Part shown: in pieces, positions 9,502 through 19,769 of the stretch
Layout: each line of letters opens with the position of its first letter
Position numbering within the stretch: position 1 is the stretch's first letter
Source: Spirochaetia bacterium
GTDB taxonomy: Bacteria; Spirochaetota; Spirochaetia; DSM-2461
Assembly (NCBI GenBank): GCA_963668315.1
Contig: OY764216.1
Location: forward strand, 1,856,001 to 1,920,000
Length of the DNA: 64,000 nucleotides
Direction: 5' to 3'
The notes under the pieces: generated by a model
The model's input: the letters and a program-made list of their open reading frames with translations, nothing else
Told to the model about the DNA's origin: nothing
The model's database searches: none
Made by a program: the position numbers and the translations under genes

Positions 9502-9870
9502 TTGGCGGAACTGGAAATACACGAAAAACGTGTTTATGAGAAAAACATCAGCACCGTATTGACCGAGGAGATCCATTTCTCCGGTGAACTGTATTTTTCC
9601 AAGGATCTGATGATCAAAGGGGAATTTTACGGGGCGGTCAAGGCTACGGGGAATCTGTATATAGAGGAAAGCGCCCACGTGGAGGCGGAGATTACGGCCG
9701 GCTCTGTCTATGTAAAGGGCTGCGTCAAAGGAAATATTGTCGCCGAAAACCGTGTGGAACTGCATGGGACGGCGGAAGTGACGGGCGATATCACCGCCCC
9801 CCAGATAGTGATGGATACGGGTTGCCGCTTCGACGGGACCAGCCGTATGCAAAGGAGGTCCGGCGTATGA
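9502..9870 (+). CDS. Bactofilin (polymer-forming cytoskeletal protein)
   Basis: Beta-helix repeats (FSGEL, IKGEFYG, VKGNI, VTGDI, GCRFDG). Confidence 0.88.
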   Translation: MAELEIHEKRVYEKNISTVLTEEIHFSGELYFSKDLMIKGEFYGAVKATGNLYIEESAHVEAEITAGSVYVKGCVKGNIVAENRVELHGTAEVTGDITAPQIVMDTGCRFDGTSRMQRRSGV

Positions 9871-10499
9871 GAAAGGGATTGATACTACTGTTTTTTGCTG
9901 CCCTGCTTCTTCCCGCTGCTGCCCAGGAGGCAGCCAAGGAAGATGCTCTGGAGCTTTACCGCAACGGAAATTACGAGCGGGCCATTGAGGTCTGCCAGGG
10001 GGAACTTGAGGTCTATAACGACGATCAGGTAAACAAAATTCTCGACTCCTATACGGTTATGTGCTGGTCTCTCATCAGGCTGGACCGCTATGATGATGTT
10101 ATTAAATACGGCCGTGAAGCCCTGAGTGTCTTCCGGTATGACCAGAGGATTATTGAGACCCTGGGGGAAGCCTATTTTTATAAAGGGGATAACCTCAATT
10201 CTCTGGACTATTTCGAACAGTACGCCGTATTGAATCCCACGGGGCAGTGGATTCAGAACGCCTATTACTACATGGGCGAAATCTATATTCGCCTGGGTGA
10301 GTTCGCCCATGCCGATATAGCCCTGTCCACGGCGTTGTACCATTCGCCCAATACGGCCGGGTGGTGGAGCCGCCTTGGTTACGCCAAGGAGATGGAAGAG
10401 GATAAGGACGGCGCACTGGAGGCCTACCGCAAGGCCGTGGGACTCCAGCCGAATAACGAAGCCGCCCTGTCCGGTCTGGAGAGACTGCAGGGCAACTGA
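9867..10499 (+). CDS. Exported tetratricopeptide repeat protein
   Basis: Signal peptide MRKGLILLFFAALLLPAAAQ; TPR-like motifs (LGEAYF, MGEIY, AYRKAV). Confidence 0.85.
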   Translation: MRKGLILLFFAALLLPAAAQEAAKEDALELYRNGNYERAIEVCQGELEVYNDDQVNKILDSYTVMCWSLIRLDRYDDVIKYGREALSVFRYDQRIIETLGEAYFYKGDNLNSLDYFEQYAVLNPTGQWIQNAYYYMGEIYIRLGEFAHADIALSTALYHSPNTAGWWSRLGYAKEMEEDKDGALEAYRKAVGLQPNNEAALSGLERLQGN

Positions 10500-11833
10500 T
10501 GAAAGCCGCTTTCCATACTTTCGGGTGCCGTCTCAACCAGCTTGAGACGGAAGCCCTGGCAGACGCTTTCCGTCATGCCGGTTTTACCCTTGTCTCCTCT
10601 TCGGAGGAGGCCCTCGTCTATGTTATCAATACCTGTACTGTCACCTCAAAAAGCGAACAGAAGGCGCGGGGGCTGATCAGGCGCCTAAGCCGGGAAAATC
10701 CCGGTTCCGTCGTGATCGTCACCGGCTGTTATACCGAAATGGAAGAGGACCTGATCGGCTCCCTGGGACATAACGTCTTTGCCGTCTCCCTGCGGGAGAA
10801 GGATCTGATACAGGATTATGCCCTCTTTCTTGTGAACCATTCCGAGGGGGACGGGGACGCTTTGCTTTCCCGTACCCAAATCTGGTTCCGGGATAACGGA
10901 CGGTCAGAAGAGTCGGCCGAAGCCCGCTTCCGTTTTGTCCCCGATGATTTTACCTATCACACCCGGGCTTACGTGAAAATCCAGGACGGCTGCGACAACG
11001 CCTGCGCCTACTGCCGGGTGACTCTGGCCCGGGGCGCTTCGGTTTCCCTGGACCGGGAGGAAGTTTTGAGCCGGGTGAGGCTGCTCGAAGAGAAGGGCTT
11101 CGCCGAGGTCACTCTGACAGGTGTTAATATCGACTCCTACCGCTCCGGAGAGACGGGGCTGGCAGGACTTCTGACGTATCTTACGGAGAATACTTCGGTC
11201 ATCCGCTTCAGGCTTTCTTCCCTGGATCCGGATACTTTCACAGCCGAACTGGCCGGAGCCGTGGCCCATGAACGGGTCTGCCCCTATTTTCACCTCTCCG
11301 TACAGTCCGGTTCGGACCATGTCCTTAAGGAAATGAACCGCCGCTACGGCCGGGAAGATGTCTTCCGGGCCGTGGAGCTGCTTCGTGAGACGAAGGATAA
11401 CCCTTTTATTTCCGCCGATATCATCGTGGGATTCCCCGGGGAGACGGAGGAGATGTTCGCCGATACGCTGGACCTGATGGAGAAGGCCCGTTTTTCCCGG
11501 GCCCACGTCTTTCCCTACTCGCCCCGTCCGGGGACTCCCGCCTTTGAGAGGAAGGATGAGGTTCAGCAGAGTCTCATCACGGAGAGAACGGGGCGGCTCA
11601 GGAGAATGATGGCCCGGAGTCAGTCCGATTACGCCCGCAGCTGGGAAGGCCGGGAACTGGACGTAGTCTGGGAATCGGAAGCCGACGGGTATCTGACGGG
11701 TATCAGCGGGAATTATCTGACATGCCGGAAAATAGCCGGGAGCGGAGCCGGCAAGGGTCGGTGCGAACGGGCGGTTGCTGTAAAATACGGGGTGGTGCCC
11801 GGTGTTATGGACTGCGGAGGGGCTCAGGAGTGA
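10499..11833 (+). CDS. mtaB: tRNA t6A37 methylthiotransferase
   Basis: TFGCRLNQ, NTCTVT, TGCY, KIQDGCDNACAYC, HVFPYSPRPGT. Confidence 0.92.
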   Translation: MKAAFHTFGCRLNQLETEALADAFRHAGFTLVSSSEEALVYVINTCTVTSKSEQKARGLIRRLSRENPGSVVIVTGCYTEMEEDLIGSLGHNVFAVSLREKDLIQDYALFLVNHSEGDGDALLSRTQIWFRDNGRSEESAEARFRFVPDDFTYHTRAYVKIQDGCDNACAYCRVTLARGASVSLDREEVLSRVRLLEEKGFAEVTLTGVNIDSYRSGETGLAGLLTYLTENTSVIRFRLSSLDPDTFTAELAGAVAHERVCPYFHLSVQSGSDHVLKEMNRRYGREDVFRAVELLRETKDNPFISADIIVGFPGETEEMFADTLDLMEKARFSRAHVFPYSPRPGTPAFERKDEVQQSLITERTGRLRRMMARSQSDYARSWEGRELDVVWESEADGYLTGISGNYLTCRKIAGSGAGKGRCERAVAVKYGVVPGVMDCGGAQE

Positions 11834-12354
11834 AGACGGCCCTGATGATGATAGACGTACAGAATATCATGCTCACCGAAGAGGGGGGAGCTCACGAGGC
11901 GGATCTGATCATATCGCGCATTTCGCGGCTTCTGGGCAAAGCCCGGGAGGAGGCCGTCCCCGTTATCTATATTCAGCATACCGAAAAAGAGGGTGAACTG
12001 GCGGAAGGCCGGCCGGGCTGGGAGATCTGCCGGGCCGTAGCGCCCCGTGAGGGGGAAGCGGTCGTTCGGAAAGGATCCTGGGATGCCTTTCTGGAGACGG
12101 AGCTTGATCCTCTCTTGAAAAGAAAGGGTATCGAGAGGCTTGTTATTTGCGGAATGCAGACCGAATTTTGCGTAGATACCACCCTGCGGAGCGCCTACGC
12201 CCGGGGTTACCGTGAAAATATCGCCGTTTCCGACGGGCATACCACCTTTGACTCGGAGGTTTTACCGGCCCGGAAGATACGGGATCACCACAACCGGATT
12301 TGGGGAGGTCGTTTCGCCCGTTTGATCGAAGCGGAGCACGTGGAATTCCGGTGA
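11830..12354 (+). CDS. Isochorismatase-like cysteine hydrolase
   Basis: IDVQ, DAFLET, CGMQTEFCVDTT, HTT; GTG start overlaps the mtaB stop. Confidence 0.9.
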   Translation: MKTALMMIDVQNIMLTEEGGAHEADLIISRISRLLGKAREEAVPVIYIQHTEKEGELAEGRPGWEICRAVAPREGEAVVRKGSWDAFLETELDPLLKRKGIERLVICGMQTEFCVDTTLRSAYARGYRENIAVSDGHTTFDSEVLPARKIRDHHNRIWGGRFARLIEAEHVEFR

Positions 12355-12501
12355 GGGATTGAAGTGGTTAGGGCGCCCGGGCTCCCGGCGGACCGGGGAG
12401 GGAAGCCGGATCGAGAGGCCGGGAAGAAGCCCTTCGAACGGAAAGCCCGGTCCCGGAGGGACGCCGCCGGGGGAAATTCCTTTTTTCTCACATCTTTGAT
12501 A

Positions 12502-12531
12502 TTGACCCTAATCCTTTAATCGGTGTATAAA
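12502..12531 (+). promoter_or_regulatory. Putative sigma70 promoter of the ffh-rplS cluster
   Basis: TTGACC-N18-TATAAA upstream of ffh. Confidence 0.55.
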
Positions 12532-12563
12532 TACCGGGCGTAAATTTAATTAATGGGTGAACT

Positions 12564-13895
12564 ATGCTTGATAATTTAGCTTCCCGTTTTACCGATATTA
12601 CGAGAAAACTATCGGGAAATGCGAAGATAACCGACAAAAATATTGAACAGGCCGTTGAGGAAATCAAGGCCGCCTTACTCGACGCGGACGTCAATCTCCG
12701 TGTGGTTCGCCGGCTGGTCAACCGCACCATGGACGAGGTGCGCGGACAGGACGTTCTCAAGTCGGTTAATCCGGGGCAGCAGTTTATCAAGATTATCCAT
12801 GACAAGATGGTTGACCTGCTCGGTTCGTCCCGGCAGGAGCTGGAGCTTAAGGGAAAGGATACCACGAGCGTTATCCTGTTTCTCGGTCTCCAGGGTGCCG
12901 GAAAAACCACCGCCGCCGCCAAACTTGCCAACCTTCTCAAGACGAAGGAGAGCCGTAAGGTCCTTCTCGTCGCCTGTGACCTGGTACGTCCCGCCGCTGT
13001 TGAACAGCTTTCCGTTTTGGGCGGGCAGATCGATGTGGAAGTCTACAGGGAAGATACGAAAGACGCCGTCAAGGTTGCCAAGAACGCTCTAAAGTACGCT
13101 AAAAAGAATCTTTTCGACACGGTTATCATCGATACGGCCGGTCGGTTGCAGATAGATGAAGCCATGATGGGGGAAATCGTCAAGGTCCGCGATGCGGTCA
13201 AGCCCGATGAAACCCTTCTGGTCGCCGACGCCATGACCGGACAGACCGCTGTGGACATTGCCAAGAGCTTTGACGAGCAGATGGGTCTGACCGGTGTGAT
13301 TTTAACCAAGTTTGACTCGGACACCAGGGGTGGTGCGGCTATCTCCCTGCGTTCCGTCACCGGCAAGCCGATTAAATTTATCGGTGTGGGGGAGAAGATC
13401 GCCGATCTGGAACCCTTCTATCCCGAGAGGATTGCCGGCCGTATTCTGGGCATGGGGGACGTGGTTTCCCTGGTGGAAAAAGCCCAGGAACATGCGGACG
13501 AAGAGGAAGCACTGAGACTGCAGAAAAAAATGGCCGGAGGAACTTTTACCCTCGAGGACTATCTGGCCCAGTTTCAGCAGGTGAAAAAGATGGGCAGCAT
13601 GGAGTCTCTTATCAAGATGATTCCCGGAGCCGCCAATCTTCCCGAGAACGCTGTTGACGAAAAGAAAATGAAATTGGAAGAGGCCATAATTCTCTCGATG
13701 ACGCCCGGAGAAAGGCAGAATCATCGGATTATCGGACCTCCCCGTCGCAAGAGGATAGCGAATGGTAGCGGAACATCTGTGGCAGACGTCAATCGGCTTA
13801 TCAAGAATTTCGAGAAGACCAAGAACATGATGAAGAAGCTTACGAAGAACAAAGGCATGCAGGCTCAGCTGATGAAACAGCTCGGCGGCATGTAA
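12564..13895 (+). CDS. ffh: Signal recognition particle protein Ffh
   Basis: GLQGAGKTT, DTAGR, TKFD, RILGMGD, Met-rich M domain. Confidence 0.98.
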   Translation: MLDNLASRFTDITRKLSGNAKITDKNIEQAVEEIKAALLDADVNLRVVRRLVNRTMDEVRGQDVLKSVNPGQQFIKIIHDKMVDLLGSSRQELELKGKDTTSVILFLGLQGAGKTTAAAKLANLLKTKESRKVLLVACDLVRPAAVEQLSVLGGQIDVEVYREDTKDAVKVAKNALKYAKKNLFDTVIIDTAGRLQIDEAMMGEIVKVRDAVKPDETLLVADAMTGQTAVDIAKSFDEQMGLTGVILTKFDSDTRGGAAISLRSVTGKPIKFIGVGEKIADLEPFYPERIAGRILGMGDVVSLVEKAQEHADEEEALRLQKKMAGGTFTLEDYLAQFQQVKKMGSMESLIKMIPGAANLPENAVDEKKMKLEEAIILSMTPGERQNHRIIGPPRRKRIANGSGTSVADVNRLIKNFEKTKNMMKKLTKNKGMQAQLMKQLGGM

Positions 13896-13933
13896 CTGAA
13901 CGGATATAAAGAGACTACACTAAGGAGAAATCT

Positions 13934-14182
13934 GTGGTTAAAATCAGACTGAAGAGACTGGGTTCAAAGAAGAGACCCTATTACCGCGTTGTTGTTATGG
14001 ATTCCAGAATGGCCCGGGACAGCCGGACCCTGGAAGAGGTAGGTATCTACCACCCCCTCGAAACGGAGGACAAGCAGTTTTCCGTAGAAGAGGAAGCCGT
14101 TAAGGCATGGCTTGGCAAGGGCGCCAAACCTTCTCCCACTGTTAAAAGACTTCTTAACAAAAAGGGCATTACCGTAAAATAA
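13934..14182 (+). CDS. rpsP: 30S ribosomal protein S16
   Basis: MVKIRLKRLGSKKRPYYRVVV...GAKPS. Confidence 0.98.
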   Translation: MVKIRLKRLGSKKRPYYRVVVMDSRMARDSRTLEEVGIYHPLETEDKQFSVEEEAVKAWLGKGAKPSPTVKRLLNKKGITVK

Positions 14183-14232
14183 GGTATCTCGCAGGCTTCG
14201 GTTTCTTCCGGGGCCAACGTAAGGAGTAAAGC

Positions 14233-14466
14233 ATGGAGAAGGAACTGGTTGAATATATCGCCCGTTCTCTCGTGGATGATCCCGATGGGGTCGAAGTGAA
14301 CAGGATCGACGGCGAAAAGTCCACCATTCTGGAACTGCGTGTTTCGGAAAGCGACGTGGGCAAAGTGATCGGAAAGCACGGTCGGATTGCCAAGGCAGTC
14401 AGAACCATTCTTTCCGCGTCGGCCAACAAGTCGGGTAAACGGCTTGTTCTGGAAATTCTGGACTGA
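14233..14466 (+). CDS. khpA: KH-domain RNA-binding protein KhpA
   Basis: DVGKVIGKHGR; lies between rpsP and rimM. Confidence 0.93.
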   Translation: MEKELVEYIARSLVDDPDGVEVNRIDGEKSTILELRVSESDVGKVIGKHGRIAKAVRTILSASANKSGKRLVLEILD

Positions 14467-14468
14467 TC

Positions 14469-14999
14469 ATGGCCGGTGACGGTCAGCAGAAAGAGTTTCT
14501 GGCCATTGGGAGCATACGAACCTCCCATGGGGTGAAAGGCCTTTTAAAGGTACAGAGTTTTTCCGGCGAGATAGACCATTTTTTTGATCTGGAAGAGGTG
14601 ACTCTGAAGGATAAGAGAGGTCGTGAAAGGGTTTTTACCGTGGAGCGGGTGACGCAGAACGGTAAGGAGCTTCTTATGAAGCTGAAGGGCATAGACACGC
14701 CGGAGATGGGGAAAACCTTCGCCGGATGCGAGATATGGGTGCCCCGGGAAATGGCCGCTCCCTGCGACGAGGGGGAGTTTTACTATGCCGATCTGATAGG
14801 GTGCCGCCTGTATAACGGGGATAAGACCCTGGGTATGGTGCTGTCCGTTTCGGACGGCGGAGGCGGAACCCTGCTTGAAGTGGAACGGACCGGAGGGGAA
14901 GGACGTTTTTTCGTTCCCTTTCGGAAAGAGTTCATCGGACAGGTGGATGTGGCCGGAAAGGCAGTTGAATTATTGGAATTATGGGTGGCGGAGGAATGA
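14469..14999 (+). CDS. rimM: Ribosome maturation factor RimM
   Basis: HGVKG, EFYYADLIG, VPF; gene context. Confidence 0.95.
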   Translation: MAGDGQQKEFLAIGSIRTSHGVKGLLKVQSFSGEIDHFFDLEEVTLKDKRGRERVFTVERVTQNGKELLMKLKGIDTPEMGKTFAGCEIWVPREMAAPCDEGEFYYADLIGCRLYNGDKTLGMVLSVSDGGGGTLLEVERTGGEGRFFVPFRKEFIGQVDVAGKAVELLELWVAEE

Positions 15000-15679
15000 A
15001 GTTTACCATTTTGACGCTGTTCCCCGATATTGTGGAGGCGTTCTTTACGTCCAGCATCATGGCCAAGGCCGTGGAGCGGGGGCTGATTGAGTACGAGCTT
15101 GTCAATATTCGGGATTTCGCCCATGACAAGCACAGAACCTGCGACGATGCCCCCTACGGCGGCGGTGCGGGAATGGTGCTGAAAGCGGAACCTCTGGCAG
15201 GAGCCCTCGATTCGGTGGGCGCCCTGGAAAAAAGAGTGGTTTTTCCCACTCCTTCCGGAGTTCCCTATACGCAGAAGAGGGCCGAAGAGTATGCCGCTCT
15301 TGATGAGATTGTCCTTATCTGTGGTCGTTACGAAGGGATTGATCAGAGAATTATCGATCTTTACGTGGACGACGAAGTCACTATCGGAGACTATGTGCTT
15401 TCCTCCGGGGAAGTCTCCTCTCTGGTATTGATAGATTCGGTTTACCGGCTGTGCGACGGGGTTATCACCCGGGAGTCCCTGGAGGAGGAAAGCTTTCAGG
15501 ATTCCCTTCTGGAATATCCCCATTACACCCGGCCCGAGGAGTTCCGGGGACTGACCGTTCCCGAGATTCTTATGGGAGGTCACCACGCCAAAATAGAGGA
15601 GTGGCGCCTGGAGAAGCGGATCGAAAAGACAAAGAAAAACAGGCCCGATCTTTGGGACTTAAAGAAGAGTATCGAATAG
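14996..15679 (+). CDS. trmD: tRNA (guanine-N1)-methyltransferase
   Basis: [41 protein letters not shown]. Confidence 0.98.
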   Translation: MKFTILTLFPDIVEAFFTSSIMAKAVERGLIEYELVNIRDFAHDKHRTCDDAPYGGGAGMVLKAEPLAGALDSVGALEKRVVFPTPSGVPYTQKRAEEYAALDEIVLICGRYEGIDQRIIDLYVDDEVTIGDYVLSSGEVSSLVLIDSVYRLCDGVITRESLEEESFQDSLLEYPHYTRPEEFRGLTVPEILMGGHHAKIEEWRLEKRIEKTKKNRPDLWDLKKSIE

Positions 15680-15693
15680 TCAGGAGGATACTA

Positions 15694-16065
15694 ATGGATA
15701 TGATTAAGGCCATTGAGGCTGAGCAGGTGAAGGACGACCGGGAAAACTACCGGATCGGTGACACCGTTAAGGTTTTCTTCAAGATTGTTGAAGGAAAAAC
15801 CGAACGTGTACAGATCTACGAAGGACTGGTTATCGCCCTTAACAACACCGGCGTATCCCGGACCGTAACCGTAAGAAAAATGTCTTATGGCGTCGGCGTT
15901 GAAAGGATTTTTCCCATCCACAGCCCCCGTATTGAAAAAATCGAGGTTGTCAGGCCGGGTAAAATCAGAAGAGCCAAACTTTACTACATCCGTGACCGGG
16001 TTGGTAAGAAGGCTAAGGTTAAGGAACTTATCCGTTCCAAAAAGGATCAGAAGGCTGCCAATTAA
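15694..16065 (+). CDS. rplS: 50S ribosomal protein L19
   Basis: [33 protein letters not shown] before ATG 15694. Confidence 0.98.
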   Translation: MDMIKAIEAEQVKDDRENYRIGDTVKVFFKIVEGKTERVQIYEGLVIALNNTGVSRTVTVRKMSYGVGVERIFPIHSPRIEKIEVVRPGKIRRAKLYYIRDRVGKKAKVKELIRSKKDQKAAN

Positions 16066-16167
16066 TCGGCCCGACGGTATATCCGGAAAGGGAATCCCCC
16101 TTTTTGATCTGACACAGGGATTTTTAATCCCGTAGATATGACTCCTCCGGGAATCCGCTATCGAAAT

Positions 16168-16196
16168 AATCCACCGTTCTGCGGTGGATTTTTTTT
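16168..16196 (+). terminator. Rho-independent terminator after rplS
   Basis: AATCCACCG-TTCTG-CGGTGGATT plus T run. Confidence 0.88.
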
Positions 16197-16219
16197 GCCT
16201 TTCACGCTAGGATGGCATC

Positions 16220-17059
16220 ATGCGAACGATAGAATGTAAACGGATAACATCCGCGGTTAAGGAAGCGCTTCTGAAAGCGGGCGTCATCCTGCCCGATGAT
16301 GTCAAAGGGGCCCTGGAAAGGGCTGCCGCGAAGGAGACGGGAAGGGCTTCTCTTGTCCTTAACCGCTGTCTGGAAAACATAGGTGTGGCCGAAAAGGAGA
16401 ACATGCCCCTTTGTCAGGATACGGGTATGGTCCTTTTTTTCTGCGAGATCGGACGGGATGTCCAACTGGACGGTTCTCTGGATAAAGCCCTCGAAAAGGC
16501 CGTTGAAGAGGCTTACAGCGAGGGGTATTTTCGTAAATCCGTTGTTGTCGATCCAGTGAAAGACAGAAAGAACAGCGGCACCAATCTCCCGCCCGTAATC
16601 TATCACGAACTCACGGAAGGTTCGGAAATCCGCATAAACCTGCTGCTGAAAGGGTTCGGGAGCGAAAACTGTTCCCGGATTCATATGCTCAAGCCCACCT
16701 GCGGACGGCAGGGAGTGGTGGATGCCGTCCTGGCGACCATCAGGGAAGCCGGCGGTTCCCCCTGTCCCCCCATTGTCGTGGGCATCGGCCTGGGCGGTAC
16801 CATGGATAAGGCGGCCGTGCTCTCCAAGAAAGCGCTCTGCCGGTCCCTGGATTCCCATCACGCCGATCCCTGGTATGATGAGCTGGAACAGGATCTTTTG
16901 AAGAAGATAAACGAAACCGGTATCGGCGGCGGAGGACTGGGGGGGGATTTCACCGCTCTGGGAGTGAAGATAGAAACCTATCCCACCCATATCGCCGGGC
17001 TCCCCCTGGCTGTTTCGATTAATTGCTGGGCCGACAGAAAAGGGGAGGTCGTACTATGA
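16220..17059 (+). CDS. Fe-S hydro-lyase, class I fumarate hydratase alpha subunit
   Basis: PLCQDTG, KGFGSEN, PCPP, PTHIAGLP, CW. Confidence 0.92.
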   Translation: MRTIECKRITSAVKEALLKAGVILPDDVKGALERAAAKETGRASLVLNRCLENIGVAEKENMPLCQDTGMVLFFCEIGRDVQLDGSLDKALEKAVEEAYSEGYFRKSVVVDPVKDRKNSGTNLPPVIYHELTEGSEIRINLLLKGFGSENCSRIHMLKPTCGRQGVVDAVLATIREAGGSPCPPIVVGIGLGGTMDKAAVLSKKALCRSLDSHHADPWYDELEQDLLKKINETGIGGGGLGGDFTALGVKIETYPTHIAGLPLAVSINCWADRKGEVVL

Positions 17060-17586
17060 GTGCAGATGTTAAACAGGTCACGGCTCCCCTGAGCGAGGCC
17101 GATCTGGCCGCGTTTCGGGCCGGGGAGGAGATTGAACTGACCGGTTCTATTCTGGTCGGTCGGGATCAGGCCCATCTGCGGCTTTGCGAGACCCTGGACC
17201 GGGGCGAGGAACTGCCCCTGGATATACGGGGAGAAACCATCTACTACATGGGGCCGGCGCCCACCCCTCCCGGCAAAGTCATCGGCTCGGCCGGTCCTAC
17301 GACGGCCTACCGCATGGATCCCTTCGCCCCCCGTCTGCTGGATCTGGGACTTAAGGGCATGATCGGCAAAGGACCCCGCTCGGCGGAGGTTCTGGAGGCC
17401 GTGAAGCGTAACGGAGCGGTCTATTTTTACGCCTTCGGCGGATGCGGGGCCCTTTATGCGGAGCGGATCACGGCCGCCGAATGCGTCGCCTATGAAGATC
17501 TGGGGCCGGAGGCTATTTTCCGGCTGGAGGTAGAGCGCTTTCCCCTTGTCGTCGCCGCCGATGCCCGGGGCAACAGCGTTTATTAA
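17056..17586 (+). CDS. Fe-S hydro-lyase, class I fumarate hydratase beta subunit
   Basis: GRDQAH, YYMGP, GPTTAYRM, MIGKG, DLGPEA. Confidence 0.92.
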   Translation: MSADVKQVTAPLSEADLAAFRAGEEIELTGSILVGRDQAHLRLCETLDRGEELPLDIRGETIYYMGPAPTPPGKVIGSAGPTTAYRMDPFAPRLLDLGLKGMIGKGPRSAEVLEAVKRNGAVYFYAFGGCGALYAERITAAECVAYEDLGPEAIFRLEVERFPLVVAADARGNSVY

Positions 17587-17630
17587 TCGATTTGAGAAAA
17601 CGGCCCCGCACGGTCATAGCGGGGCGGAAT

Positions 17631-19235
17631 TCAGGAGAGATCGAGCTCCCAGTAGATATTGTTATCTTCTGTGTAAATCCGCCAGCGCTGATGTACGGCG
17701 GGGAAAAACTCTCCGAAACTTACCAGCCCGATGATATCCAGCTGAGTCAGGGCATCGGGATCGAAGTAGAGATCGACTGTCAGCTCCGAAACACCGTCCA
17801 TAATCCGGTTCAGGGCTTCGTGCCATTTGATATAGCTTTCCAGGGGAAGATATAGATCTTCTCTGTTCCGCCAGACAAAGCAGGATTTGAGAAAACTCTT
17901 CTGAAGATCGGCCGGCTCAAGATCATTAAGCTCTTCCAGCTCGTGTCCTTCCTGTTCCAGCCAGATGCCGAAGCGGTCTAGCAGAACCGTCGGTGTCAGT
18001 TCCAGGGCATCGCAGGCCGTTTTGAACCAGATGGAGGCCAGGCCCCGGGTGTAGAAAAAATCACATAGTTCGGTAAGGCGGGCCGCTTCCTGCAGGTCCT
18101 CGTCAGTAAAACCCGGCCGGCCGGTCACCAGCCGCTCGGGCGTTCCGTCATGGCGGAGATTCCATTCGGCCGCTTTCTCGTATAATTCGGTTCCCGGCAG
18201 AAGGGACAGGGGAAAGATATCCAGGTTGGAGGGAGATAGGTTCAGGGCAAAGTCCACGCTCTCGCGGAAGCCGTTCAGGCTGTCCCCGGGAAGACCGTAG
18301 ATCAGATCGAATCCGTAAACCAGGTAGTTCTGTTCCAGAGTCTTGATCTTCTTTTTGAACTGCTGCGGTTTGATGGGCCGGTTGAGAAGGTTCATGACAT
18401 GGCTCTGGGAACTCTGCAGGCCTATCTGCAGGGAGGCCACCAGCTTTCCGAACAGGCGGGCCTGTTCGGGGGTGACCCGCTCCGCACGGATCTCAAAGGT
18501 GAAGTGGATATGGGGGGCTTCCTTGACGAGAAGTTTAAGAAATTCCAGGCAGAATTCCTCATTGTGGTTGAACGTGGAGTCGAGGATCCAGATGTCCCGT
18601 ACATCCTTCTTTACAAAGAGTTTGAGTTCTTCCTGGAGCCGGCTGATGGGGTAGCGCCGCACCCAGCCGTGGTTTCGGGCTTCATAGCAATAGGCGCAAT
18701 TATAGGGGCAGCCCCGGGAGAGCTCCCAGAGGACGCCGTCGTACTGGCCGGGATCTATCGCCCCCGAGAGGAAGGGGGAGGGCAGAAGTTCCAGATTCAC
18801 CTGGCTTCCCTTTATTATTTGTGTCTCTTTCTGCCGTCCCGAGTTTATCACTTCTTCAAGGACGTTCTCCCCTTCGTTGAGAATCAGAAAATCGAACAGG
18901 TCCTTCTCTTCGAACTCTTCAGGGACAACGGTAATGTGGGGTCCGCCGGCAAAAAGATTGAGGTCAGGGTTCTCCTTTCTGAGGAGAGAGGCCGCTTCTC
19001 TTACATGGGGGGCATTCCAGATATAAACGGAAAATCCAATGGCATCGTATTGGCCGTCGGACAGTTTTTTAGCAATATACTGGGGGGTATCTTCCAGGGT
19101 GAATTCTTTGATCTCGGTATTACTGTTCAGGCCTCCGGGAAGGGCGGCCTTGAGTTGGGCGGCTGCCAGGGGAAAGGCCAGACTGTTAGCTTCAACATGG
19201 ATAGTCACCAGGGCCGTCTTTGGGGTGTTACTCAT
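17631..19235 (-). CDS. B12-binding domain radical SAM protein
   Basis: N-terminal FSVYIWN/GGP cobalamin-binding-like domain; RGCPYNCAYC; DLIYGLPG. Confidence 0.88.
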   Translation of the reverse strand: MSNTPKTALVTIHVEANSLAFPLAAAQLKAALPGGLNSNTEIKEFTLEDTPQYIAKKLSDGQYDAIGFSVYIWNAPHVREAASLLRKENPDLNLFAGGPHITVVPEEFEEKDLFDFLILNEGENVLEEVINSGRQKETQIIKGSQVNLELLPSPFLSGAIDPGQYDGVLWELSRGCPYNCAYCYEARNHGWVRRYPISRLQEELKLFVKKDVRDIWILDSTFNHNEEFCLEFLKLLVKEAPHIHFTFEIRAERVTPEQARLFGKLVASLQIGLQSSQSHVMNLLNRPIKPQQFKKKIKTLEQNYLVYGFDLIYGLPGDSLNGFRESVDFALNLSPSNLDIFPLSLLPGTELYEKAAEWNLRHDGTPERLVTGRPGFTDEDLQEAARLTELCDFFYTRGLASIWFKTACDALELTPTVLLDRFGIWLEQEGHELEELNDLEPADLQKSFLKSCFVWRNREDLYLPLESYIKWHEALNRIMDGVSELTVDLYFDPDALTQLDIIGLVSFGEFFPAVHQRWRIYTEDNNIYWELDLS

Positions 19236-19314
19236 ACTCCTATGATAGGCGTAGGAGAGGCAAAATGCAATAAGAGGGCGTAACTTATTTAATAAACCGG
19301 GGGTATATTCCGTT

Positions 19315-19659
19315 TTACAGAAGAGGATTAACGATCCTGTCGGGGAACAGGCGACTTAATGTCTGAATCAGCTTAAGAACTTCCAGCTGGTATTTATTGA
19401 GAAGACCCATTTTCCTGTGACTGACCAGAAGCGGAATGCCCCTTTCCAGTTCGGACATGACAAAGGTCAGTTCCCTGTCATTGAGGAAATGGGAGAGGCG
19501 TTTCCAGAATTCCATTTGAATCTCTTCGTCCTGGAGGGATATCCAGGTTCCGCTGTCCATGGGCTTTGGTCCTTCTTCCGGGAAAGGATTTCCCTGTTTT
19601 GCCCATTTTATCCCAGGAAAGAGAGAAAGTCGAGACATTGGGACCGGGAAGTTTGCCAT
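19315..19659 (-). CDS. Hypothetical protein
   Basis: 114-aa ORF filling the intergenic space, GGAG upstream; no recognisable motif. Confidence 0.5.
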   Translation of the reverse strand: MANFPVPMSRLSLFPGIKWAKQGNPFPEEGPKPMDSGTWISLQDEEIQMEFWKRLSHFLNDRELTFVMSELERGIPLLVSHRKMGLLNKYQLEVLKLIQTLSRLFPDRIVNPLL

Positions 19660-19769
19660 GCGGGTGTATCTCCGGCTTGTCAGGAAAATGGTAGTGTATT
19701 AGTATGAGAGGAAATGCTCGGGAGTCTTTACTTCAAGACAGGGAAGGCTCCCTTATATCCGGAGGAAAC

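Noticed and set aside
12355..12485. SRP RNA (ffs) upstream of ffh
   Set aside because: The region is GC-rich and structured but lacks the conserved CAGG...GGAA...AGCA domain IV motif.
15451..15693. Extended rplS ORF start
   Set aside because: It overlaps trmD; the AGGAGG RBS and L19 similarity start at 15694.
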